From NCBI RefSeq assembly GCF_009914755.1, contig NC_060926.1: a DNA stretch of 64,000 nucleotides. One strand, 5' to 3'. This DNA comes from the human T2T-CHM13v2.0 reference genome, Homo sapiens. Shown one piece after another: positions 13,601 through 30,131 of the stretch; the stretch's first letter is position 1, and each line of letters starts with the position of its first letter. The notes under the pieces were generated by a model. The model saw only the letters and a program-made list of their open reading frames with translations. It was not told the DNA's origin and did no database searches. The position numbers and the translations under genes are program-made.

Positions 13601-15360
13601 AGAATGCCCCTTTTTTTAGTCCACAGTGAGTGGAGTACACACACACCTCATTTTATTGCACTATGTTTTATTGTGCTTTACAGATACCATATTTTTTTCA
13701 TAAAATGAATATTTGTGGCAACCCTGCATCAAACAGTTATTGGCACCATTTTTCCAAGCACCACCTGTGCTTACATTTTATCTGTTTTACATTTTGGTAA
13801 TTTTCAAAACATTGCCAATGTTTTCATTATTATGATATCTGATATGGTCATCTCTAATCAGTGATATTTGATGGAACTATTGTAATTATTGTGGGACTCC
13901 ATGACAACACCCATAAAAGATGGCAAACTTAATCAATAAATGTGTGTGTTCTGACTGCTCCACTCACCAGCCTTTCTCCATCCCTCTCTCTCTCTCTTCT
14001 GTCCCACCTATTTCTTAAGACGCAACAATATTAACATTACACCAGTTAATAACTGAGCAATGGCCTCTATCTATTCAAGTGAAAGTAAGTATCTTACATC
14101 TCTCATTTTAAATTAAAAGGTAGAAAAGTTTGGTGAAGCTTAGTAAGGAAAACAGTCAAAAAACTGAGACGGCCCAAAAGCTAGGCCCTTTGTGTCATGC
14201 AGTTAGGCAAGTTGAGAATGCAAAGGGGAAGTTATTGAAGGAAACTAGATGTGCCGCTCCAGTAAACAAAAGATGAGAGGTAAAACAATCTTATTTCTGA
14301 CTGGAGAAAGTTTTCATGGTCTGCATAGATCAAACTGCTACAACATTTGCTCAAGCCAAAGACCAGTCCAGAGCATGGCTCTAACTCTCCTCAATTCTCG
14401 CAGAGGTTGGTTCACGAGGTTGAGGAAAAGAGCCATCTTCATAAAATAAACGTGCAAGGTGACACAGCAAGTGCTGATATAGAAGCTGCAACAAATTATT
14501 CAGAAGATCTAGCTAAGATCATTGATGAAGGTGACTACGCTAAATGACAGATTTTCAACTTAGATAAAACAGCCTTCTGTTCAAAGAAAATGTCATCCAG
14601 AACTTTCATCGCTAGAGATAAGTCAATGTCTGTGTTCAAAGTGTCAAAGGACAGGGTGACTCTCTTGTTAGGGGCTAATGCAGCTGGTGACTTCAAGTTG
14701 AAGCCAAGGTCATTTACCACTTTAAAAATCCTAAAACCCTTTAGAATTATGCTAAATCAATTCTCCCTGTACTGTAAAAATGAACAACAAAGCTTGGATG
14801 ACAGCACATCTGTTTACAGCATGGTTTACTGAATATTTTAAGCCCACTTTTGAAATATACAGCTCAGGAAAAAAAAAATTCCTTTCAAAATATCACTGTT
14901 CATTGATAATACATCTGGTCACCCAAGAGCTCTGATGGAAATATACAAGGAGATTAATGTTTCCACGTCCACTAATGCAACATTCATCCTGCAGACATGG
15001 ATCAAGGAGTAACTTTTAACTTTACTATTGAAAAATACATTTTTTAAAGCTATACCTGCTGTAGATGGTGATTACCATTAAGAACATTGGTGATTCACGG
15101 GAAGAAGTCAAAATATCAACATTAAGAGAGTCTGGAAAAAGTTAATTTTAATCCTCACAGATGACTTTGAGGAGTTCAGGACTTTGGTGGAGGAATTAAC
15201 TGCAGATGTATGGGAGATAGCAAAAACAAAACAAAACAAAACAAAGAAAACTAGAATTAGAAGGGAGCCTAAAGATGGGACTGAATTGCTGCAATTTCAA
15301 GACAAAACTTGAAGGGATGAGGAGTTACTTCTTATGAATGATCAAGGAAAGTGATTTCTT

Positions 15361-15606
15361 AACCAAACGCCACATGTTCTTAAAAGTGGGAGCTGAATGA
15401 TGAAAATGCATGGACACATGATGGGGGAACAACACACAGTGGGGCCTGTTGGAAGGGGAGTTGGGGAGGGAGAGCATCAGGAAGAATAGCTAAGGGATGC
15501 TGGGCTTCATACCTAGGTGATGGGATGATCTGTGCAGCAAACCACTATGACACACATTTACCTATGGAACAAATCTGCACATGTACCCCTGAACTTAAAA
15601 GTTGAA
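15361..15606 (+). mobile_element. 3' end of an old L1PA (approx. L1PA11-13); 5' part of the chimeric insert
   Basis: aaccaaacgccacatgttct...gggagagcatcaggaagaatagctaa...catgtacccctgaacttaaaagttg; no poly(A) or TSD of its own. Confidence 0.88.
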
Positions 15607-16473
<867 letters not shown>

Positions 16474-17581
16474 AAAGAAAGTGGTTTCTTGAGATGGAAT
16501 CTATGGAATCTACACCTGGTGAAGCTGCATCAACACTGTTGAAATGACAACAAAGAATTTAGAATAGTCCATAAACTTAGTTGATAAGCAGTTGTCAGGG
16601 TTTGAGAGGACTGACTCCAATTTTGAAAGAAATTCTACTGGGGGTAAAATGCTACCAAACAGCATGACATGCTACAGAGAAATATTTTGTGAAAAGAAGA
16701 GTCAATGAATGCAGCAAACTTCATTGTTTCATTTCAGAAACTGCCACAGCCACCCCAACCTTCAGTAACCACCACCCTGGCCAGTCAGCAGCCATCAACA
16801 TTGAGGCAAGCCCCTCCACCAGCAAAAATATTAGATTAGAATGTATTATAGGCTCAGGTGATCATTAACAGTTTTTAGCAATAAAGTATTTATATTAAGG
16901 TATGTACTTTTTTTAGACATAATGTCATTGCACAAAGTACAACATAGCATAAGTATAAATTGTATATACACTCAGAAGCCAAAATATATCCAGCCATGTG
17001 ACTCTTTTCATTGTAATATTTACTTTATTGAAGTAGTCTGGAACAGACCTGTAATAGCTTTGAGGGATGCTTGTAAGTGGGAATTGAACAGGAAATGTAA
17101 ATTTTTTCTTTTCTTTCTCATATTTATTATTTTTAGGACCACTCTTCTCTGACCTTCACAAATATGGTTCAGGTCCTGAAGTAAAGAAGTCCTACAAAGT
17201 TACATTCTTAGAAACATCTGCATTTCAAGAAAACAAACCAACAAACAGAAAGCAGATATTTTTGTATCATGACATACCAAAGAAATTCATGTAAATTATT
17301 ATCCATTAGCCATATTAAACACAATGATGTGGTTGTACTTCTCTATTATTCTTCCCAATTTTTATTCTAAATCAGTGCAAGCACCTGAATTGCTGAAGAG
17401 TCAGTATTCTTTGCTTTGTGGTTTTACATGTATTATGGGTCTTCACAAAAATTGTCTTGCTTAATTTTGCAGCAGACTATAATTTAGGGAGCATTAGAAT
17501 GAAGTCCAACACCGATATAAAAAATGAACATCATTTTGTTCAGTAGGAAATAGCCTGGCATATTGTAGACCCTTCTGTTTA

Positions 17582-18723
<1,142 letters not shown>

Positions 18724-19109
18724 GAGAATTGCACAAGAGTGTTTTTCTGTCCACTTACCTGAAAATCGTGCTAACATCTGAAGACATTTAATCTACCCCA
18801 TGCATCCTCTTTCTTCAAAACAATGTTTTTTACCTTTTTATTTTACATTATTTTAAATGGAAAGACTTTATTTCAGTCTATATTGGGAGAAAATTCACTT
18901 TGTGCTAATGGTGCAAGGAGGAGAATATTGGTGGTATAAGTTTAAATGCATTTGTTATTGGAGATGATTTTTTACAAGATTGTTAACACATTAGGAAAAC
19001 ATAGTTCTTATCCGTAAGCTGCCAAATGTGGGGCTGAAGGGAAAATCAATTTTCTGGGTGTGTTTTCCAACATTACATTAAACACTATCTTTTTAAAAAA
19101 TTGGGTTGT

Positions 19110-19828
<719 letters not shown>

Positions 19829-20179
19829 CTCATTCATCTTTTTTTTTTAATTATCGCTGATGTGCAGTGTCTCTGTCAGATACTGAGGGGAACATAGTGA
19901 GAATGAGAAGACACAGGGCGTTGTCATCACCAAATGCATTTCTGAGTCTTTCTTGCCCCAGCACACAGGCCGAGGAGCTGTCATAGCACCGGCACCTCAC
20001 GAGCCGTCATGAGGATCTTTAGCTATCAGCGAGAACTCTACCTGGTTTCAGGCCAAAGGATTTTAATGTTTCCAGCAAATTAAACATTACTTTTTTTTCT
20101 CCACATAAGATTGTAGATTCCTCAGCCAAAGTAAAACTCCAGGCAGTGATAGACAGGATCTGTTCCTACTATAGGCCTG

Positions 20180-20800
20180 CTTTTTAAAATAAACTTTTCA
20201 TTTTGGCACAATTTTAGATTTGTAGAAAACTAATGGAAACAGAACAGCGTTCCCCTATGCTCTGTACCCAGTGTTTCCTAACTTCCGTGAATATGGGGCA
20301 TGTGGCCCAATAAATAAGCCAATATTGGTCCATTGTTATTAGTTAAAATCCATGGTTTACTTGTATTTCTTGTTTGTTTGTTTGTTTTGTGTTTTACTTG
20401 CCTTTCTTTTTTCTGTTCCAGGTTCCCATGCAGGTCCCATCCAGGACACTGCCTTATATTTTGTTGTCATGTCCCCTTCGGCTCCTCAAGGCGATGGCAA
20501 TTTATTGGGCATTCTTACTTTTGAAGACCCTGACAATTTTATGTGCTACTAACTGAGTATTTTGTAGGATGTTTCATAATTGAGATTTGTCTGATGTTTT
20601 TGTCATAGATTGGACTGTGGGTTTTGGGGAGGAAGCCCACAGAGGCGAGGGGCCATGCTCCTCACATCCCGGTCTGTCACTGTGGGTACTCGCCGTCTTC
20701 ACCTGGTAGAGGAGGGAGGTCCTCTTTCTCCTCTGTAAACTCACTGTTTTGTTCCCCTTTCCACATAGTAGTCTTTGGAAAGAAGTCACTATGAGCGTCA
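20180..20800 (-). mobile_element. Old L1 3' end (L1MC4-like)
   Basis: aattttagatttgtagaaaa, ctgttccagg...atccaggacac, tattttgtaggatgt, ggggaggaagcccacagagg motifs typical of an antisense L1MC4 3' UTR. Confidence 0.65.
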
Positions 20801-20802
20801 AC

Positions 20803-20960
20803 CTGGGCTTTAATCTCAGTTCTGGACTCTGTCAGCTGTCAAATATTTTAAACTCTCTGAGCCCATACTTTCCACCCGTAAAACAGGGATGAAATGCCTG
20901 CCTCGAAGAGTGGTTGTGATGATGAGAAATGACTTATTCTGAAGCGTTTCATAAACAGTA
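20803..20960 (+). mobile_element. MIR
   Basis: aactctctgagccc...ttccacccgtaaaacagggatga...ggttgtgatgatgagaaatga. Confidence 0.6.
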
Positions 20961-21378
20961 ATTCTCCCTGTTGATCTTCTATGTAATAATGTGTGCTATG
21001 CAAATAAGTTCCTTTCTCATTTCCTACAAACAAGTTGTAACATCAAATATTTAAATGTTGTACTAAGTAATAGGTATTTCTTGATAGTTGCTTATTCTTC
21101 AATATAATGTTATGTATCTTTTTAAAGATGATTAATTAGGACCTGATTATGCTTTGGTTTTCACTTCACTAAATCCGTCATATTTTACACATGGATAACA
21201 ACTCACCTGTTTTTCTTCCTAATTACTGCCCTCCTTAGATAAACTTATTAAGTGCCAATTATATTACAGGTGCTAAATATTGTCTTTATTCTTCACAACA
21301 AACTGTGTTATAAGGAGTTACTTTCATTTATTCATACTGAACTTAGATTCAGAGAGGAAAACACTTGCTCAAAGTTCT

Positions 21379-21418
21379 AGAAATAGCAAGAATGCAGGAG
21401 AAATAGCAAGAATGCTGG
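21379..21418. repeat. 20-bp tandem duplication (1 mismatch)
   Basis: agaaatagcaagaatgc(a/t)gg x2. Confidence 0.9.
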
Positions 21419-21434
21419 AGACCTGCATTTCAGA

Positions 21435-21542
21435 GTTGGATTTAATGCTTGAACTCATCCTTGTTGGATTTAATGCTTGAACTCATCCTTGTTGGATTTA
21501 ATGCTTGAACTCATCCTTGTTGGATTTAATGCTTGAATTCAT
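21435..21542. repeat. 28-bp minisatellite, ~3.8 copies
   Basis: gttggatttaatgcttgaactcatcctt at 21435, 21463, 21491 and a partial copy at 21519. Confidence 0.95.
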
Positions 21543-21701
21543 TTCACAGAGCATCACACCACATCAACAGCCTGTGGTCTGGCGTTAGTTCCAGTTATCA
21601 CCTTTATACCTCCTTCATCCTCTGGGTCTGTGGTGTCTTTCCCTATGTGAGATGTGCAGTATTTTTTGAGAACACAGCCACTTTCCACCAGAGAAGGTTG
21701 A

Positions 21702-22007
<306 letters not shown>

Positions 22008-23668
22008 GGTGATGATTTTTCTGCAGAGAAAAAAATTATTTTAGTTTTCTTTTGCTCACTTTGCCTGCCATGGAAAAATACTCCCTGAAGTCTCTCTTAA
22101 ACTTTATATTTGAATCCCAAAATATTAATTGAGAATAAGCAAAAAAAAAAAAAACAAACCTAGTTTAGTCTATTTTTCTTTCAGATCAGTAACAGCACAA
22201 AAAGAAACCCACAGAGGTTACAGAAACGTTCACTTAGATAACATTTAGGCTTATTATTGAATGTTGGTCTTTCAATGTACACTCTTACACTTACTATAAA
22301 TTTTATATCAAGAGAAAATTAGTTTTACACATTAAAATAGTAGGTAATGAAAGATTTATGTAAGTAGGATCTGAAAAAGTAATATCAATACATTTTGACC
22401 AAAGTGTATTTAATTTATTTGGTAAACATAGAAATTAATTTGACCAAACATCTACTTCTATAAATAAGAGCAAGAAGTAGGAAACCTCATTGCTAAATTA
22501 AGTTGCTATCACATTGCACACAGCCATAATCACATTGGGATGTAGTGTGCTCTGTAGCAAATACATATCACAAATAAGTTTTGGTTGCATACTATATAGG
22601 ACCATCTATTTAAGTGAACTTTCATTTTTTAATGGTTTACTCTGCTTTGAAAAGTATATTATAATAATTATGTTATTCTTTTCCATGACTATTGGTAATG
22701 GGAATATTGTAATACAGTATCTTGAAGAAAAGTATATCTCGTAAGCTGCCCGGAGATATACAAGAGAAAGTCACTGTATCAATTAATTAAATCATTCCAT
22801 TAAGACTAAGACTGGCAAAGGTGAATTTTTAAAACTAGTTTACTGATTTACTTAGACCCACATTTGACACTGAGACAGGAGTTTGAAGCACCATTGTATC
22901 ACACATTAGGGATTGCTACTATCTGTATTCACCAGATCAAAGATTCCCCTCTATTCTCCATCAAACATACTCAGAAATTGGGTGTCAGTGTGTCCCACAG
23001 GCAGATTGAGAAGGCCGAACCAGGGAGCTAGCAAGACCCTCACAGGAGCCAGAATATGTCCACGGAGATAGGTGAGGCCAGGGCAGGGTGGAAGAGCCCA
23101 TTCTTAAAGCGAACCTGGGAGTCTGGAATTAGGGCATCAATTTATACCGAGAGCATATTCAGGAACAGAAGGTTGTAAGTCAGAGTCACGCTATCGAAAT
23201 GGTATCCAGGCATACATAAAGAGCAAAAGCGAGGAAAGAAACAGGTCAAAGATTACTCAGAAAACCAGAAACCAGAGGGGTATAAATCCCAAAAGCCACA
23301 ATGCAAGCATTTGATATGATATTCTCATTCCCACAGTGGCCTCATTCAGCATCATCTGTGTGATGCCAGTATCCATTCCTCTGTTGCCACCCTCACCCCC
23401 AGGCTTCTCGGAACCAAAATCTCTGGAGTCTAACTCCACAGAGACACCATTATTCCCTGGGCCTCATCAGAGCCTTCCACTCCTAAAATTACGAACTCAG
23501 CCCTTGCTCTCTGGCCTCCGCCTCCTGTCCTTGTCCTCTTCTTTGGAAGTTGCTACATCACTCTTCTCTAACCCATCAAGGCTATGACAATTCCAGTTTC
23601 TGTCTATAGGTGCCTTCCTGACTTCACATCTTGCTATTTCACTTAGATTTCAAAAGTTGAGTGCTTCA

Positions 23669-23997
<329 letters not shown>

Positions 23998-26257
23998 GCC
24001 TATTGCCTCAAACACTCTCTTGCTAATATTCTGAACTCCCTCGATTTATTTGTTTTCAGTCTTCCTTCTCTGGGCATTTCATATCAATTAAACTGTACAA
24101 TAAATGGTCTGCTACTGGCTTCTTTCAACTAGTGTCATGTTGCTGGGATTCATTCATGATTTAGTATGTGTCAGCATTTCATTCATTCTTAATGCTGGAA
24201 AGTATTCCACGGTATGGATATACCATATTTTGTTTATCCCTTCACCAGTTGAGGCACTTTTGTGTGGTTTCCACTCTTTAGCTATTGTGAATAATGTTGC
24301 CTCGAATATTTGTGCAGAAGTCTTTTGTGGACACATATTTTCATTGAGTAGGTTTTTTAAGTACACTTGCTATGACATGTTTATGTTTAACTTAATAAAC
24401 TGTTTCCAAAGAGGCTACACCATTTTACATTCCACCTGAAGAAATCTTTGAGGCTTCCGTTTCCGCCCTGCAGCAGCACTTGGGATTGTTTGTCTTTTTA
24501 TTATAGCCATTCCAGTAGGTGTGCAATGGTACCTATTGTGGTTTAGTGTGTATTTCCCTAATGACTAATGATGTGGAACTTTTTTTATTATTTTTCTTTT
24601 AGTTTCTTAAGATGGAAGCATAGATTATTATCATTTTTAGAGATCTTTCTTCTTTCCTGATATATGCATTAAAGTTATACATTTTCTTCTAAGCATAATT
24701 TTACCTGTATATCATCCATTTGTATACGTTGTGCTGTTGCTTTCATTCAGGTCAAAACTGTCTTAAAATTTTCTTTGTTATGTATTTTTTGACTCATGGG
24801 TTATTTGGTATTGTAATGTTTAGTCTACACATATTTTGAGTTTTATAATTTTTCTTTTCAATTGTGGATCACTAAATTAAGTTCATTGTGATCAAAGTAC
24901 CTATTTTATAGAATTTCAGTCTTTTTAAATAAATGTATCCTTTAAAAGAATGTATATTATGCTAATATTTTGTGAGATGTTCTGTAAATGTTAATTAGAT
25001 CAAGTTGGTTGAAAGCATTGTCCAAGACTTCCATCTTTGCTGATTTGCCATCTAGTTGTTCTATCAGTTACTAAAAGTTTTCTGTTGACATCTTCAACTT
25101 TTATTATCATTGAATTGTCTTGTCTTTTCCATTCCTACTATGATTTTCTTTATGTGTTTTGGTACTCTGTTGTTAAGTGTATATATGTTTTTGTTATATC
25201 TTTTTGATATATTGACCATGTGATTATCACAAGTTACCTCTGTTGTTCTATATTAATATTTATTATATAAATTTTATTTTGTCTGATATTAATATGGCCA
25301 CTCCAGCTTTATTATGGCTATTATTTTCATGGTATATCTTTTTTCTACAATTTTTTCTTAAACCTATTTGCATCACTAAATCCAAAATGTGTCTCTTGTA
25401 TACATTTCTCTTTATTCAATCTGATAATCTCTGCCTTTTTCATGGGGTATTTAGCCCATTTAAAGTTTTAATATTATTATTTGTATGGTAGAATTTGTAT
25501 TAGATACTTTTCTATTTTTTTATTTGCCTTGTGTCTTCATGTTTCCCTGTTTTTCTTTTACTGCCTTATGTTTGTGTTAAATAAACATTTTTAGTGTGCC
25601 TTTTTAATTCCTCTATTCATTGGCTATAGGTTATTTTCCTAGTGGTTGTCCTAGGGATAAAAATATGCAACTAATCATAGTACAATATACTTTGGCATTA
25701 TGTGCACTTAGCTCTGATAAAATATAGCAACTTTTTTCCAGTACTTTTCCCTCCTCCTGTTCTGGGCTATAATTGCTATATATATAAAATCTTCATATCT
25801 ATTTATGTTAGATGCCCAGCAATACAGTGTTTTAATTATTACCTTATGCAATCTTAAGTCATGTGAAAATTAAAAACAGAAATGAGAAAAACAGCTGATA
25901 TGTATAACTGGTATATAGATACATAAATACATATAATATTTTTAATAAAGACTCAGGTATACATATCCACACACATACATATGTCTGTGTGTGTGTGTGT
26001 GTGTGCACGTGTGAGAGAGAGAGAGAGAGGAGGGGAGAATTTTATATTAGCCCACATACTTACAAAGTGAAATTTTATATTAACTCACATACTTTCTTAT
26101 TACCTTTGTTTATTTCTGTGTACACAGTGCATAGTAGTTTGGTGTCATTTTGTTTTAACCTGAATAACTTTCTTTAATATTGTTTGAAAGCATAGCAGCA
26201 TTAATATATCTCAGATTTTGTTAATCTAGGAATATCTTTATGTCACCTTCATTTTGA

Positions 26258-26585
<328 letters not shown>

Positions 26586-27368
26586 TGTATATTGAATTTT
26601 TGAACCATCACGTTGTGTCGTTCTCTTACTTTCTGACCTACCTCGTTTCTGATGAGGTCAGCTATTAGTCATATTGTTGTTCCTCTATACATGATAACTA
26701 ATATTTCTCTTGTTGCTTTCAACATTTTCTCTACATCGTTAACTATCCAAATCTTGACCAAGATATATTTAGTTGTGATTCTCTTTGAATTTTTTCCTGC
26801 TTGAGTTTTGTTGGGTTTGTTGGATCTGTAGATTAGTATTTTTACCAGACTGGGGACTTTTTGCCATTATTGGCTCAAATATTACTCTTCCGCTCTCTTT
26901 TCTCCTTCTGGCACTATCATTGCTCATGTATCCCACAACTCTATGCTGCTCTGTTTATTTTTCTTCCCCATTTTTTCTCTCTGTTCATGAGATTGGATAA
27001 TTTCTATGAATGCATCCTCAAGTTTACTGATTCTTTTTTCTATCACTTCAAATACATTTCTGAGTCCGTCTAGTGCATTTTTCCCATTTCAATTACTATA
27101 GTTTTAAATTTTAGAATTTCCATATTTTTGTGTTTTATATTTGCTTTATTGTCCCTGAGTCATTGTCATACTTTTGTATAAGCCTTTTGGCATGGCTTCT
27201 ATTAGTTTTTTTAGGCAACTGTAATTGCTGCTATGAAGACTTTGCCTACTAAAGTCAATATCTGGGCACATTCAGCAATGCTTTCTATTGGCTAACTTTT
27301 TCTCCAGACTATTTCTTTCTTATTTCTTTGAATATCTTGATTTTTAAAAATTACTGAATATTTTAACC

Positions 27369-27694
27369 CAGCAGTCCTCAACTTTTTTGGCACCAGGGAC
27401 CAGTTTTGTGGAAGACAGTTTTTCCACGGACTAGGAGGTGGAAAGGGGTATTGGATGATTTCAGGATGAAACCGTTCCACCTCATTAAGGAGCTTGTAAC
27501 GTAGATCCCTCGCGTGGGCAGTTCGCCTCTAGTGTTCGTGCTCCTAAGAGAATCAAATGCTGCCGCTGGTCTGAAAGGAGAGGGAGCTCAGGCGGTCCTG
27601 CTCACAGGCCTGCTGCTCACCTCCTGCTGTGTGGCCCGGGTCCTAATAGGCCATGGACCTGCATCGGTCCACGGCCAGGGAGTTGGGGACCCTG
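27369..27694. mobile_element. MER1B (hAT-Charlie)
   Basis: cagcagtcctcaactttttggcaccagggaccagttttgtggaagac ... ggttggggaccctg-like terminal inverted repeats. Confidence 0.88.
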
Positions 27695-28799
27695 GTTTTA
27701 AAGAACATGTTTTATTCACTTTTGTGTGTGTGTTAACTTTAGCCTGCTGCGGGTTTTTGTTGTTGTTATTGTTGCAATTTGTAACTTGCCTGGACTCAAC
27801 CTTCAAAAGCTATCTCCCACACGTTGTAGGCAGCTTTGCGTTTGTCATTTTTTTCTTTTTAAGTTTGGTTTAATGTTGGGGCTACACCTATGTCTGCATA
27901 GCTTAGTGTTCAGCTAAAGATTGGCCAGAAGTTGTATTCAAAAACCTCAACTCAAGTCAGTGTGGTTTACACTGTCGGCTGATATATAGGTGTGTGAACC
28001 AGGGAGTACATTGAAACTAGACTTAGTTTCCAGATCTGCCTCAGTTTTATTTTCTGCTGGTCTCTGCCATGTGCCCTCTGTGCATGGGCACAGGCTCTGT
28101 TAGCCAGAAGGTGTGGTGGCCTGGGCCTCTGTGGTCATGCTGGAATGGAGAGCTTATTAATCCATGTATGGCCATCTCATTTCCCAAAGCTCCCTGCTAA
28201 CTTACCAGCTAGTGGGGCAGTCTGTTGCTTGACACAAGACCTGAACGTCAAGCTACCAGAGCTGCTGCCTCCCTTACCCCACCCCCAGCCGGCTTGCACC
28301 TAGCTCACCACTTTAACTCATGGGGCTCTCCTTGGAGAGAGCTCATGCTGGCAGCACCAGGGAAGCTGCAGGTTTTCAGGGCCTGCACCTCTCCTCTGCT
28401 CCCAGTTGAATCCCCACACTGGCCAAGCTTAGGGAGGAGCGATGGGAGTAGCCCCAGGCAGCAAAACCCCAGGTTCACACTGTCCTTACTCAACTTACAG
28501 TAGTTCTTATGAATAAATGATTTGTTTCTGTTGTGTACCATTGGTGCATTACCAGAGGACCGAAATAGTTTTTTGTCAGTTTCAGTAGTTTGCTTTGTGA
28601 GAGTAGGATTTGTCAACCTCTTCAATCTGTAATGCCAAAAGTTAGGAGTTCTCACACATCGTTTTTTTGGATTCTGTATCTACTGCAAACTCTATGTTTC
28701 TGTCTTTCCTTTCTCTTCACACCCAGACTTCTTAATTATTATCTCTACTTCATGTTTCCATTTTCGTATTTCCCATTCACTTTTTGGATTTTAAAATCT

Positions 28800-29320
28800 G
28801 ACTTCCAGGTTAATCATGACATACAAGCATATCCTGTGAATATCCCTGGTGACAGTCCTATTGATACATTCAGTAGAACATTTTGATACATAGTTTTTCT
28901 TGTATCACCTCCCACTTTTGAATAGGGCCCCATCCTAGAAACACTCTGTTGTCTTGGTTTCTAGTCCACCACACACCTGGTTTTGCTCCGATTCCTAAAG
29001 CTGCCTGTTTCAGACTCTGGTATGGGCTGAGGAGTCCTCACCTGCTAGTCCTCCCCCGACTGTGCTCCAGCCATGTCATTCTGGTTGCATTACCCCTGCC
29101 TCCTCCTGTGGATCTCCAAAGACTGTTTTTACCTCTGATCTAGATCCTTTACCTGAGCTTCAGAATTTATCTTCAGTTGCTTTCTGGACTCTCCATTTGA
29201 TTCCTCATCCCACAGACATGCAAAATTCTTAACGTCCAAAACTGAACCTATGATTTTCCATAACAAGTCCATATCTCCTGTCATACCCCCATTTTAATGA
29301 ATAACACTTCCATCAACCAA
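28800..29320 (+). mobile_element. L2 fragment
   Basis: cctgagcttcagaatttatc, caaaattcttaacgtccaaaactgaacc are typical L2 motifs. Confidence 0.6.
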
Positions 29321-29833
29321 GTTCTGCTCTGGGTCCATGGATGCCATTCTTCACTTCACTACATTGAAGTACACTTAAAATTTAATGACCATGAATCATT
29401 TCATTTCCCTACTCCCCAGCCACTTCCTCCAGTCCCCATTGCCACATCCCTGGGTGGACCACAGTCAGTGCTAGCATGGAAAATCTGCAGAACCCCTACC
29501 TGGTCCCTTCACTACTTTCTTCTTTCCTTCCCACCTACCTAGCTCTATCCTACTTGTCTTTTACCCTAAGTTAGACGTTTCTAACTTCAGGGTTTCCTCA
29601 ACCCCTAAGTCCATGTTACGGGCCTGATAAGACTTTCTAATATTGTTCTGTAACCTCCTTTTTAGTTGTCCTGTTCTAATCCTAAATTCCAAGACACAGC
29701 AGAGTTCACGAGTATCATAACTTACAAGCTCATTCTCAGCATCTAATTAAGGGACTGATGTGTAGTTCCTTGGATATGAATGTATAAACCAAATACGCCC
29801 ATTTATACATAAGTTGGTTGGGTCTCTGAGAGA

Positions 29834-30131
29834 TTTTTTTTTTTTTTTTTGAGGCGGAGTCTCACTCTGTCACCCAGGCTGGAGTGCAATGGTGTGATCT
29901 GGGCTCACTGCAACCTCCACCTCCCAGGTTCAAGAGATTCCCTGCCTCAGCCTCTGGAGTAGCTGGGATTACAGGCACCCACAACCAGGACCAGCTAATT
30001 TTTGTATTTTTAGTAGAAACAGGGTTTCACCATGTTGGTTAGGCTGGTCTCGAAATCCTGACCTCAGGTAATCCACCCGCCTCTGCCTCCCAAAGTGCTA
30101 GGATTACAGGCATGAGCCACCACACCTGGCC
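29834..30131 (-). mobile_element. AluSx-like
   Basis: Reverse Alu; TSD ctctgagagattttt/ctctgggagattttt. Confidence 0.92.

Noticed and set aside
14347-14832. Domesticated TIGD-like transposase gene
   Set aside because: Only short Tigger1 transposase fragments with stops, frameshifts and deletions.
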